A stretch of 64,000 bases of DNA from an uncultured Bacillota bacterium (lineage in GTDB: Bacteria > Bacillota_I > Bacilli_A > ML615J-28 > CAG-313). Below the pieces are notes generated by a model, which saw only the letters and a program-made list of their open reading frames with translations, had not been told where the DNA came from and did not search any database. How positions within the stretch are numbered: position 1 is the first letter of the stretch; every line of letters starts with the position of its first letter. Positions 48,309 through 57,968 of the stretch are shown one piece after another. Position numbers and translations under genes: made by a program. The DNA is taken from positions 33-64,032 of the forward strand of contig CAMODB010000004.1 in assembly GCA_946611195.1 (NCBI GenBank). Direction: 5' to 3'.

Positions 48309-48321
48309 AGATTTCAGAAAA

Positions 48322-48690
48322 TGGTGGATGTGCTGGGAATTGAACCCAGGTCTTAAACTTTACTCAATATGTTTTCTACATGTTTAGTTTATTTTTAGTT
48401 TTCAATTAATATTTGAAATAAACAAATAAATATTAATCAAAGCTATTTTCTCGTTGATTTATTTAGCAGATAAATCAATAAAGTCTATTTTCTGAAATCA
48501 AGAATATTCATAGACAAAACATTTCTTGATATAAACCATCTATTTCAAGATGGGCGCTTTACAAATTAGTATGCAAAGCTATAATTTTGATTGTTTGCGT
48601 TTATATTTAAATAAACCTCAGGTTTTAACGTGCCTACCCACGACATGCTTACACATCTAAAAAAATCTAATCGAATCCTAAAACACACCC
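48322..48690 (-). ncRNA. ssrA: tmRNA (transfer-messenger RNA)
   Basis: The 5' end GGGUGUG pairs with the 3' end CACAUCC-ACCA, including the G3:U alanine identity pair. T-arm GGGUUCAAUUCCC. 5' GGAUUCGA box. Candidate tag ORF GCA AAC AAT CAA AAT TAT AGC TTT GCA TAC TAA at 48598-48566. Confidence 0.85.
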
Positions 48691-48712
48691 ATTAAGGCTT
48701 TATAAATAAAGC

Positions 48713-49888
48713 CTAACTTATTTTATTTAAGATTTCTTTTACTTCATCAGGGATAATTCTTTTTACAGGGAAAGTATCCGCATTAGAGAATTTCATTAAA
48801 ATATTGATTAAGAATTGATATGTCTTTTCCATAGCTTCCATTGATATTAGATTTAGATTATCTTCTTCTTTTTCTTTCATTGTTGATAGTTTTGAGAAAA
48901 GAAGCGATGGTATTTCTTTTTTACTAAAGAAGACAGCTGCTGATAAAGGATGTTTACTAGTTACATGGATAGGATAAGAAGCTATTTTTGATTCATAAGA
49001 TATATAATTAGCTAACGCATGTTCCGCATAAACATTAATTGTCGTCTTTCCTAACGCAAGACCACATTTATCAATGGTTAGACAGAAGATTATTTTATCT
49101 ATTTCTTCTTGATCAAGTTCTTCTAAATAATTCTTTGAACCAGTATCGTTATTCTTTTCACTACCAAACCAAATAAATCTGATTGTTCTTTTAGGGGGAT
49201 TTTGGATAAAATAAGAAAAGAATTTAAGTAACATGACACAACCTGTTCCGGAATCATAAGCTCCTAGTGAATTAGGATAGGAATCAAGACTTGATGTTAA
49301 GGCTATTACTTCATTAGGAAATGTAGTACCTCTTAATTCATATATAACATTTCTTCCTGTTTTAAAGGTTGATCTTTGATCTAAATTAAGAGTTAAGAAT
49401 AAGGGATTATCCTTTATTAATTGTCTTGCGTCTTCTTTGGATATTTTAACGCCAGGGATTGTTCCATATTTAATAAATTTAGAATCTAATTCATTAATTG
49501 TTTGATCATAAGTTATAAAAGCTATAGCTTTACAATTAATAAGTTTTAGATATTTTTCATAATCTAGACTTCCTTCGATTAAGACAATCTTACCTCTTAA
49601 TTTGAAACTATCTTGATCACTGGAATTCTCCATAAAATAAAGAGGAGCACTAATTTGGTTAGCATTACCACTACCTTTAATACCTTCTACTTTATATTCT
49701 CTCATATCACTAGTTAAGGATGCTGCTACTACTTCATAATCAACTATATCATAACTAGAAATATCACAATTCTTACCTTCATTTAAGATTTGATTACGGA
49801 TAATTGCGGCTGCCTTTAATTCTTCTGTTGATCCTGATGGACGATTAAAAGCTAGTTGACTTAAGATTTCATACATATCAATTGCCAT
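48713..49888 (-). CDS. M28-family peptidase-like protein with a PA domain (metal ligands partly substituted)
   Basis: NRPSGSTEELKAA is the N-terminal M28 pattern. The PA-domain stretch is GKIVLIEG...AIAFI. SSLDS...GAYDSGTG and FGSEKN align to the M28 blocks HxDS...GAxDxxSG and EE. Confidence 0.5.
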   Translation of the reverse strand: MAIDMYEILSQLAFNRPSGSTEELKAAAIIRNQILNEGKNCDISSYDIVDYEVVAASLTSDMREYKVEGIKGSGNANQISAPLYFMENSSDQDSFKLRGKIVLIEGSLDYEKYLKLINCKAIAFITYDQTINELDSKFIKYGTIPGVKISKEDARQLIKDNPLFLTLNLDQRSTFKTGRNVIYELRGTTFPNEVIALTSSLDSYPNSLGAYDSGTGCVMLLKFFSYFIQNPPKRTIRFIWFGSEKNNDTGSKNYLEELDQEEIDKIIFCLTIDKCGLALGKTTINVYAEHALANYISYESKIASYPIHVTSKHPLSAAVFFSKKEIPSLLFSKLSTMKEKEEDNLNLISMEAMEKTYQFLINILMKFSNADTFPVKRIIPDEVKEILNKIS

Positions 49889-49904
49889 AAAACACCTCTA
49901 ATTT

Positions 49905-50243
49905 TTATTTATCTTTAATTATAATAATTAAAACAATTAAGTCACTCGTTCCTGTATTAATTAATTCATGTTCACCTTTATCAATGACATTTAACATACC
50001 TTTAGAAAATTCTTTATATCCATCTTTATCAAATAATTTACCATTACCTTCGATACAATAAATTATTTCACTATCCGTTGTATGAATATGATGTCCGATT
50101 GATGATGAAGGGTGAATAATAATTTTTGCTAAATTATTTAATTTATCAGTTAATTCATCTATTTTATAAATAGTGCAACTACCTGACCCATCTTTAAAAT
50201 GTTCAATTTCTTTACCATTTAAATTTTTAAAATCAGTTATCAT
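49905..50243 (-). CDS. Cupin-domain protein
   Basis: The pattern GHHIHTTDSEIIYCIEGNG ... GEHELINTG is a two-motif cupin signature. Confidence 0.6.
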   Translation of the reverse strand: MITDFKNLNGKEIEHFKDGSGSCTIYKIDELTDKLNNLAKIIIHPSSSIGHHIHTTDSEIIYCIEGNGKLFDKDGYKEFSKGMLNVIDKGEHELINTGTSDLIVLIIIIKDK

Positions 50244-50397
50244 ATAACCTCCGCTTATATTATACCATTTATTTAGTTAAAACGCAATATGTTTTAAATA
50301 TAATTTTATGTAATAAAGGTTTTTATTTTGTAATTTAAGGCTATATTTTGCTGAATTTTAAAAGTTTAGTGAATATTTGAATAAATAATATTATGTA

Positions 50398-50432
50398 AAT
50401 AAAAAATGATTTATATAAAGAATATAAATCAT
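50398..50432 (-). terminator. rpsD terminator
   Basis: Stem ATGATTTATA pairs with TATAAATCAT. A T run follows on the minus strand. Confidence 0.65.
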
Positions 50433-50445
50433 TTCTTTCTGCTTA

Positions 50446-51045
50446 TTATCTATTGTAGAATTCAACGATAAGATTTTCTTTTACTTCTGGAAGAATTTCA
50501 CTTCTTTCTGGTAATCTTTCGTATTTAGCTGTTTGTGTTTGTTCATCAAATGATACGAATGCAACACGAGAAACTTTATTTTCTAATGCTTCTTTAACAA
50601 TTGCTAAAGATTTAGATGTTTCTTTTAATGCGAAAGTTTGACCAGGTTTACAAATATAAGAAGGAATATCTACTTTCTTACCATCAACTACGATATGTCC
50701 ATGACTAACTAATTGTCTAGCTTGACGACGTGTAGTCGCAAAACCAGCTCTATAAACTAGATTGTCTAATCTTGATTCTAACATGAATAAGAAGTTATCA
50801 CCATGAATACCTTTAAGTTTACCAGCTTTAAGGAATGTATTATGGAATTGTTTTTCATTTAAGCCATATACCATACGTACTTTTTGTTTTTCTTGTAATT
50901 GTAAACCGTATTCAGAAAGCTTAGTTCTTTTTTGACCATGTTGACCAGGAGCATAAGGTCTTTTTGATAATTCTTTACCAGTTTCTAAAGTAGAGAATTT
51001 TAATCTTCTTGAAACTTTCCAACTTGGACCAGTATAACGTGCCAT
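50446..51045 (-). CDS. rpsD: 30S ribosomal protein S4
   Basis: [15 protein letters not shown]... is a canonical S4 N-terminus, followed by an S4 RNA-binding domain. Confidence 0.95.
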   Translation of the reverse strand: MARYTGPSWKVSRRLKFSTLETGKELSKRPYAPGQHGQKRTKLSEYGLQLQEKQKVRMVYGLNEKQFHNTFLKAGKLKGIHGDNFLFMLESRLDNLVYRAGFATTRRQARQLVSHGHIVVDGKKVDIPSYICKPGQTFALKETSKSLAIVKEALENKVSRVAFVSFDEQTQTAKYERLPERSEILPEVKENLIVEFYNR

Positions 51046-51255
51046 CTTTTTTTTCTCCTTTTCTTTTTATTAAATTTTTAAAGCGAGATAAAAATCCAAT
51101 TCTTTTAATAGGATAGATAAATCTAATTTGTTTTCACCTAAGCAGCGGGATTACTAACAACCAATTATCTTGTGATTATCTAAATCTACTAACACATTGA
51201 ATGCTGCTTTTATCTGCACCTTGTATATTATACTCTTTTTTTCCTTAAAAGTCAA
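51046..51255 (-). promoter_or_regulatory. rpsD promoter (TTGACT, 17 nt, TATAAT) plus a leader of about 180 nt; candidate S4 autoregulatory leader
   Basis: -35 at 51250-51255 and -10 at 51227-51232. The leader contains a long-range AAGCAGC / GCTGCTT pairing. Confidence 0.5.
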
Positions 51256-51274
51256 ATAATATAATTTGGTTATT

Positions 51275-51904
51275 TTATTCTATTTCAATAGTGTATTGAC
51301 TAGGATTGGAAGGATTAATATTATTATCGGAATAAGCTATTACATAAAAAGTAATTGTGCCTTTTTTATTAATGGTGATTTTTATATTATCATCTGTAGT
51401 TGTATATTCGCTACTTTTCTTTTCTACACCATCTTCTTGATATATATAATATATTTTATAACCATCGGCAAAATCAACTTCTCGCCAGCTAAGTTGTGCA
51501 TCAGACCCATACATTGTAACAATAAAACTATCCGGACTACTTAAAGTTGGGGTCTTTGATAAAATCTTACTAAAGATAAACCAGCCAGCCGCAATAATTA
51601 TAATGATTGATAAAATAATGATTCCTTTAATATAATCTTTATCAACATATTTTTTGGAATAATTTTTTAATTTATCACTAATATATTGATCATAATTGGG
51701 AATAATACTATTAATATTAATACCTTTATCTTCTTTTTCTTTTAATTCTATTAAATCATCTTTGAGTTTGATTTCACTGTCTTCACTTTTTACCGCAAAT
51801 TTTCTTACACGTTTAGCTAATTTAATAGCTACTATTTGGTATTGATCACCTAAAAAAGAAATAATTTGATTATTTTCTTTTTTTAATTCTTGATATCTAT
51901 TCAT
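51275..51904 (-). CDS. Single-pass membrane protein with a C-terminal Fn3-like domain
   Basis: Central TM segment IIILSIIIIIAAGWFIF. The C-terminus carries LSWREVDFADGYKIYY. Confidence 0.5.
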   Translation of the reverse strand: MNRYQELKKENNQIISFLGDQYQIVAIKLAKRVRKFAVKSEDSEIKLKDDLIELKEKEDKGININSIIPNYDQYISDKLKNYSKKYVDKDYIKGIIILSIIIIIAAGWFIFSKILSKTPTLSSPDSFIVTMYGSDAQLSWREVDFADGYKIYYIYQEDGVEKKSSEYTTTDDNIKITINKKGTITFYVIAYSDNNINPSNPSQYTIEIE

Positions 51905-51905
51905 A

Positions 51906-52238
51906 TTATTTTTTTAATTTATTTACTTCTACAATACCAACTACTTCATCAACTGGTAATGCAAAAGTAATACCTTGACCAGTAGATGAAAATCCTACTT
52001 CTTTATAAATAGAATGTAAAACATTATCTTTAACCGTTTCATCAACTAAAATAAGAACAATTTCTTTTTCGGGATGAAGTAAAACATTATATAATTTTTC
52101 GGCTTCTTTACTAATCGTACCACGAGCAGATATTACAGTTCCCCCACGCGCTCCAGCTGAACGAGCAGCATCCATTACAATATCTGAAAAGCCATTATTA
52201 ACGATTGCGAAAACAGCGAAATAATTACGATTTGCCAT
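51906..52238 (-). CDS. P-II-like protein (DUF1538-associated)
   Basis: The start is reassigned to the ATG at 52238, which has an AGGAGG SD 8 nt upstream. AARSAGARGGTVISARG block. Confidence 0.6.
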   Translation of the reverse strand: MANRNYFAVFAIVNNGFSDIVMDAARSAGARGGTVISARGTISKEAEKLYNVLLHPEKEIVLILVDETVKDNVLHSIYKEVGFSSTGQGITFALPVDEVVGIVEVNKLKK

Positions 52239-52239
52239 T

Positions 52240-52617
52240 TTACATTTCCTCCTTGAAATTAATACCTGATAATAATTGATATACTTGTAAACCAATTACA
52301 CTATCTAAGGGAATCGTAAAGGCCATACCTTTACCATTTTTTATTTTAAAATATCGATCTTCATAAGCAATTAATATTTCTTTAATTTTATCTTCCGGAA
52401 CGACTGATAGAATAACAGCTTTTGAATTATCGGTAAAACCCATAAATTTTAAGGCGTCACTAGGAGCAGTTCCTCTAGCATAGGTTACGGTTTGACAATT
52501 AACGCCAAAGCCTTCTAATGATTGTAAATAAAAATCTACTTTAACTCTTTCAACAATGGTAAATAAGATTTTTAATTTTTTAGGAGCTTTAATATTATTT
52601 TCACTCATATATATCAC
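52240..52617 (-). CDS. P-II-like protein (DUF1538-associated)
   Basis: About 120 aa with a beta-alpha-beta pattern, paralogous to the downstream gene. Abuts the DUF1538 stop. Confidence 0.55.
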   Translation of the reverse strand: MIYMSENNIKAPKKLKILFTIVERVKVDFYLQSLEGFGVNCQTVTYARGTAPSDALKFMGFTDNSKAVILSVVPEDKIKEILIAYEDRYFKIKNGKGMAFTIPLDSVIGLQVYQLLSGINFKEEM

Positions 52618-54171
52618 CTAGAATTTAATGATAACTTCATCATCTTCAATATTAGAAATAAGTTTAAGACGACTGATTGTCTTTCTCTTCTTTCTAATTA
52701 TTGCTGTAAAGCCTAATAATTGAATAGTAATTAAAGGAGTCATAGCAACCATTGCCACAATACCAAAGGCATCTTCTAATAATTTTTCTTTTTGTGCAAT
52801 ACTACAAAAGCCAATCGCAAAAGGTAGAATAAAGCTTGATGTTAATGGACCTGATGCAACACCACCGGAGTCAAACGCAATAGCTGTATATATTTTAGGA
52901 ACAAAGATAGATAAACCAATCGAAATAATATAACCAGGAATTAAATAATATAGAACTGGGAAATCATAGATAATTCTTATGATTGATAACATGATTGATA
53001 AACCAACACCAATACATAATGCAATTAACATTGATTTTTTACTAATTGATCCATTTGTAACTTCTTCTACTTGACTGGTTAAAACATGAACAGCAGGTTC
53101 CGCAAGAACAGTTAAGAAACCTAAAATAAACGCAATAATAACACCACTTATTTCTGATTTAGAAGCAATATCAGCACCCAATTTAAAACCGATCGGTAAG
53201 AAACCAATTTCGGCAGCCGTTAAGAATATTACTAAACCAAAGAAAGTTGATACTACACCAACAAAAATACTAATTAATTGTTTTTTTGGTAATTTGATAA
53301 ATAAGAAATTAATAATTAAGAAGAAGGTAACAATTAAACCTAAGGATAAACCAACATTACCTAATTGAGATTTAAAAACTTCTACTAACTCAACAAAGAA
53401 ATCTTCGGTTGTTAGTTCATAATCAGATAATTCAAATAAATCTTTGGAAGTAAGTCCTGTTGTATTATTCATACAGCCAAGGATAAGTACCGCAATAATG
53501 GGACCAATTGAACATAAAGCTACCAACCCGAAAGAATTTTCTTTAGCGCCTCGTCCACCAATAGTAGCTGACATACCAACACCTAGAGCCATAATAAAAG
53601 GAACCGTAATCGGACCAGTTGTTACACCACCAGAATCAAAAGAGATTGGTAAGAAATTACTATTTTCTTTATAAATCATTAGCGATACCATCGCAAAGAT
53701 TAACATATAAGAAAACATTATTATTGGGGTGATTTCAATTTTAAAGATAATTTTTAAAACACCAACTACTAAAAAGATACCAACACCTACACCAATCGCA
53801 ATTTGGAAAATTATACTATTTACAACTTTACTTAATTGTCTTGATAGAACTGATAAATCTGGTTCCGCAATCGTAATAAGTATTCCCATTGCAAGCATTA
53901 CTAGACCAATAATAAGTACCTTTTTGGTTCTCGTTAGTGATGAACCAACTTTTTCACCCATAATAGACATTGCTTGATCAGCACCTTGGTTAAACATTGT
54001 TATTCCAATAATCAAAAGAAATGTTGAAACAATAAATAAGGCTAATTCGGTACCATCAATATCTAGTAGAGGAGTAAATGATAAAATAATTACCACAAGT
54101 GAGACTGGTAATATTGATATTAAGGCTTCTTTTAATTTAGTCCAATAATCTTTCCATATTTGTTTATGCAT
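52618..54171 (-). CDS. DUF1538-family polytopic membrane protein (two repeats)
   Basis: Internal duplication: ...FDSGGVTTGPITVPF... and ...FDSGGVASGPLTSSF... Followed by two PII-like genes, as is usual for this family. Confidence 0.6.
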   Translation of the reverse strand: MHKQIWKDYWTKLKEALISILPVSLVVIILSFTPLLDIDGTELALFIVSTFLLIIGITMFNQGADQAMSIMGEKVGSSLTRTKKVLIIGLVMLAMGILITIAEPDLSVLSRQLSKVVNSIIFQIAIGVGVGIFLVVGVLKIIFKIEITPIIMFSYMLIFAMVSLMIYKENSNFLPISFDSGGVTTGPITVPFIMALGVGMSATIGGRGAKENSFGLVALCSIGPIIAVLILGCMNNTTGLTSKDLFELSDYELTTEDFFVELVEVFKSQLGNVGLSLGLIVTFFLIINFLFIKLPKKQLISIFVGVVSTFFGLVIFLTAAEIGFLPIGFKLGADIASKSEISGVIIAFILGFLTVLAEPAVHVLTSQVEEVTNGSISKKSMLIALCIGVGLSIMLSIIRIIYDFPVLYYLIPGYIISIGLSIFVPKIYTAIAFDSGGVASGPLTSSFILPFAIGFCSIAQKEKLLEDAFGIVAMVAMTPLITIQLLGFTAIIRKKRKTISRLKLISNIEDDEVIIKF

Positions 54172-54242
54172 ATTAATTACTCTTTTCTATTACTAATTAA
54201 TATATTTTAACATATTTTTTTAGAAATTGTCGTGTATTAGTT

Positions 54243-54283
54243 AAAAAAATTAAAGAAGGCCAAGGAGTGAATTCCTTGACCTT
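54243..54283 (-). terminator. tpiA terminator
   Basis: An 11-bp stem: AAGGCCAAGGA pairs with TCCTTGACCTT (one G-U pair). A T7 run follows on the minus strand. Confidence 0.7.
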
Positions 54284-54291
54284 ATAATTTA

Positions 54292-55047
54292 TTATTTTAG
54301 ACTAGCCTTGACAAGTGTAATAAAATCTTCAGCTTTAAGACTAGCACCACCGATTAAAGCACCATCAATATTTGGTTGTGCCATTAGGGCTTCAATATTC
54401 GATGTCTTAACTGATCCACCATATTGAATTCTAATCTTTTCCGCAACACTTTCGCCATATAAATCTTTGATACAAGTTCTAATAAAACCACATGTATCAT
54501 CCGCAATTTCTGGAGTAGCAGTTTTACCAGTACCAATTGCCCAAATAGGTTCATAAGCGATAACTAATTTTTCTACTTCATCACTAGATAATAAATTTAA
54601 ATCTCTAATGATTTGTCCTCTGATTAAATCTTGCCAACTACCATCTTCTCTTTCTTGAAGATGTTCTCCAACACAAAGAATTGGTGTTAAGTTATGTTTG
54701 AAAGCAGCTTTTAATTTTTTACTACAAGCTTCATCTGTTTCATTGAACATATCTCTTCTTTCCGAATGGCCAATGATAACATATGATACACCTAATGATT
54801 CAAGCATAACTGGAGAGATTTCACCAGTGAAAGCACCATTTTCATTGAAATGCATATTTTGAGCACCAATTCTTAAGTTTTCACCTTGTCTTTTAACAAG
54901 ATCTCTTAAAACAGTAAATGGAGCACAAATAACACTATCAACTTTATCAATAGATGGAAGATTATTATTAACAGCGTAAACGAATTCTAAAGCTTCGTCA
55001 CGTGTTTTGAACATCTTCCAGTTCCCCGCAATAATTGGTTTTCTCAT
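54292..55047 (-). CDS. tpiA: Triosephosphate isomerase
   Basis: IAGNWKM, IGHSERR and AYEPIWAIGTG motifs. Confidence 0.95.
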   Translation of the reverse strand: MRKPIIAGNWKMFKTRDEALEFVYAVNNNLPSIDKVDSVICAPFTVLRDLVKRQGENLRIGAQNMHFNENGAFTGEISPVMLESLGVSYVIIGHSERRDMFNETDEACSKKLKAAFKHNLTPILCVGEHLQEREDGSWQDLIRGQIIRDLNLLSSDEVEKLVIAYEPIWAIGTGKTATPEIADDTCGFIRTCIKDLYGESVAEKIRIQYGGSVKTSNIEALMAQPNIDGALIGGASLKAEDFITLVKASLK

Positions 55048-55056
55048 GTCTACCTC

Positions 55057-56286
55057 TTATTTTTCATCTAGGCAAGCTACACCTGGAAGTACCTTACCTT
55101 CAAGATATTCTAAACTAGCACCACCACCAGTTGAGATATGGCTGAATTTATGTTCATAACCCATTGAAATAGCTGCTGCTGCTGAATCACCACCACCGAT
55201 AATAGTAGTAGCACCTTCAAGATTAGCTAATAATTCACAGATAGCTTTTGTACCAACGGCAAATTTTTCAACTTCGAAAACACCAGCAGGACCATTCCAT
55301 ACAACAGTCTTAGCACCTTTTAATTCTTCTTTAAATTTTTCGATTGTAGCAGGACCACAGTCTAAACCTTGATAATCACTTGGAATCTTATCAGATGGAA
55401 CTACTTTTGTTTCGCATTCAGAAATAGCTTGGAAGAAATCAACAGCTACTTTTTCTTTATCTGGTTTTGCGACAACAGTATCAACAGGAAGAATAATCTT
55501 ACCATTAGCTTTGTCTAATAAACCTTTTGCGTAATCAACGAAATCAAGTTCGCATTTAGATTCACCAACTTCATAGCCTAATGCTTTGAAGAATGTATAA
55601 CTCATAGCACCACAGATAAGTACTTTATCAGCTTTGTTAAGTAAGTTTTCAATAACAGAAATCTTATCAGATACTTTAGCACCACCAAGGATAGCTACAA
55701 ATGGATGAACTGGATTATCGACAGCTCCACCAATAAATTTAATTTCTTTTTCAAGTAAGAATCCGGATACGCTTTCTCCTTTAATATGAGCAGCAATACC
55801 AGTGTTAGAAGCCGCATCACGGTGAGCAGTACCGAAAGCATCATTAACAAATACATCACCTAAAGATGCCCAGTAAGCACCTAATTCTGGATTATTTTTA
55901 GATTCCTTTTTGCCATCTAGATCTTCATATCTAGTGTTTTGGAACATTACAACTTCACCAGGTTTCATTTCATTAATTGCATCTTCTAATTCTTTACCAC
56001 GTGTTGCGTTGACAAATTTAACTGGTTTCTTTAATAATTCTTCTAATTTCTTTGCGACAGGAGCTAAATCATTTTTAGCTAAATCAGCTTCTTCTTTAAT
56101 ACGTCCTAAATGAGAAAATAGAATAACTTTTGCGCCAGCATCTAGAGCGTAGTTAATTGTAGGTAATGCTTGAACAATACGGTTAGTATCAGTAATAACC
56201 CCATTTTTCATTGGGACATTAAAGTCTACACGCATCAATACCTTTTTATTTTTCAATTCTACGTCTCTAATATTTTTCTTTGCCAT
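55057..56286 (-). CDS. pgk: Phosphoglycerate kinase
   Basis: RVDFNVP, SHLGRP-like block HLGRIKEE, and C-terminal STGGGASLE. Confidence 0.95.
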   Translation of the reverse strand: MAKKNIRDVELKNKKVLMRVDFNVPMKNGVITDTNRIVQALPTINYALDAGAKVILFSHLGRIKEEADLAKNDLAPVAKKLEELLKKPVKFVNATRGKELEDAINEMKPGEVVMFQNTRYEDLDGKKESKNNPELGAYWASLGDVFVNDAFGTAHRDAASNTGIAAHIKGESVSGFLLEKEIKFIGGAVDNPVHPFVAILGGAKVSDKISVIENLLNKADKVLICGAMSYTFFKALGYEVGESKCELDFVDYAKGLLDKANGKIILPVDTVVAKPDKEKVAVDFFQAISECETKVVPSDKIPSDYQGLDCGPATIEKFKEELKGAKTVVWNGPAGVFEVEKFAVGTKAICELLANLEGATTIIGGGDSAAAAISMGYEHKFSHISTGGGASLEYLEGKVLPGVACLDEK

Positions 56287-56726
56287 AATAATATATTCCT
56301 TTCAGTTATTTTATTTAATTGATCTTTTTGAATAAATTTACACTTCTCTATATATTGTTTTAATTTAAGATAGGGGACTTCAGCAATTAATTGAAGATTA
56401 TTCTTAAAAATAATAAGAGAATTTAATCTATCTTTTTTTACTTCTTTAATATTACAAATATTAACGAAGGTTTGATTCCAACTCCTTTTTTGATATAGTG
56501 GTTGTAAAATAATATTCTGGTTTATATAGATGGGGATAAACTTATGAATATTATAAACTAATCTAATAGCTTCAATGCGACCATTATATGTTGTAAGTTC
56601 ATTTAAACAAATTTTATTTAAAAAAGGATATAAGGAATCATTAATTATTTTAGTATCATTAAAATACACAATATTAGTAGAGCGATTATTTGCGGTCAAA
56701 TAAAGGACATCTACATTTAAATCCAT
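56259..56726 (-). CDS. ComK-family-like protein
   Basis: [10 protein letters not shown]...HKFIPIYI...IILQPL...W resembles the ComK core (GR...K.P....FPT...W). Confidence 0.45.
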   Translation of the reverse strand: MDLNVDVLYLTANNRSTNIVYFNDTKIINDSLYPFLNKICLNELTTYNGRIEAIRLVYNIHKFIPIYINQNIILQPLYQKRSWNQTFVNICNIKEVKKDRLNSLIIFKNNLQLIAEVPYLKLKQYIEKCKFIQKDQLNKITERNILLWQRKILET

Positions 56727-57862
56727 TAGTCTTTAACGATTCTATTAGTTGTTTCTGGATCAAAGAAGTGACATTTATTCATATTAAGAGCTAACTTAAT
56801 TGTATCACCCATATGAACATCAACTCTTGCTGCTACTTTAGCAGTTAAATTTTGACCAGCACGATCTGTACCAGGAAGTTTAACAGTGATTTGTGATTCA
56901 GCACCTAGTAATTCGGATACATCAACTTTTTGTTCAATACTCCATTGAGGATATTTTTCAATATCTTCTGGTTTATCAAATACTGCTTCTGGACGAATAC
57001 CCATAACGATTTCTTTATCGATATAGTTCTTTTCTTTTAATAATTCAAATTGTTTTTCAGGCACTGCAAGTCTTACAACACCAAATTTTTGGTTACCACA
57101 TTCGAAGATACCATCTTCACCAACGTGACCAGTAATAAAGTTCATTGGTGGAGTTCCGATAAAGCCTCCTACGAAGATATTAGCTGGGTTATCATAAATT
57201 TCTTTTGGAGCACCAATTTGTTGAATCCAACCATCTTTCATAACTACGATTCTTGTTGCCATAGTCATGGCTTCGATTTGGTCATGAGTTACATAAATAG
57301 TAGTTGTGCCAAGTGATTCATGAATCTTAATTAATTCTGATCTCATTTGTACACGTAGTTTAGCATCTAGGTTAGATAGTGGTTCGTCCATTAAGAATAC
57401 TTTTGCATCACGAACGATAGCTCTACCTAAGGCTACTCTTTGTCTTTGACCACCGGAAAGAGCAGCTGGACGACGATCTAGATATGGTTTTAAACCTAAC
57501 TTTTCAGCAGCACTTTGTACACGACGATCGATTTCATCACGGCTAAATTTTCTTAGTTTTAATCCAAATGCCATATTGTTATATACAGTCATGTGTGGAT
57601 ATAGCGCATAGGATTGGAATACCATCGCGATATTACGATCTTTTGGCGCAACGTCATTCATAATTTCATCATCAATCTTTAATTGTCCTGATGTGATTTC
57701 TTCTAGACCTGCAATCATTCTTAATGTAGTAGTCTTACCACATCCTGAAGGTCCTACGAAAACAATAAATTCACGGTCTTTGATTTTTAAATTGAAATCA
57801 AAAACGGCTTGAACATTATTAGGATAAATCTTATTAATGTTCTTTAGTTCAACTGTTGCCAT
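56726..57862 (-). CDS. Sugar-type ABC transporter ATP-binding protein (MsmX/MalK/UgpC family)
   Basis: Walker [10 protein letters not shown], signature LSGGQRQR, Walker B FLMDEPLS, and a C-terminal TOBE-like domain. No permease gene is adjacent. Confidence 0.9.
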   Translation of the reverse strand: MATVELKNINKIYPNNVQAVFDFNLKIKDREFIVFVGPSGCGKTTTLRMIAGLEEITSGQLKIDDEIMNDVAPKDRNIAMVFQSYALYPHMTVYNNMAFGLKLRKFSRDEIDRRVQSAAEKLGLKPYLDRRPAALSGGQRQRVALGRAIVRDAKVFLMDEPLSNLDAKLRVQMRSELIKIHESLGTTTIYVTHDQIEAMTMATRIVVMKDGWIQQIGAPKEIYDNPANIFVGGFIGTPPMNFITGHVGEDGIFECGNQKFGVVRLAVPEKQFELLKEKNYIDKEIVMGIRPEAVFDKPEDIEKYPQWSIEQKVDVSELLGAESQITVKLPGTDRAGQNLTAKVAARVDVHMGDTIKLALNMNKCHFFDPETTNRIVKD

Positions 57863-57968
57863 AAATTTTCTCCTTTAATTTTCATTATAGATTTATTTCT
57901 ACGATTATATTATATAACAAAAAAGATTAAAAATAAATAAACAATTTGTTTAAAAAAATCATCTAATT

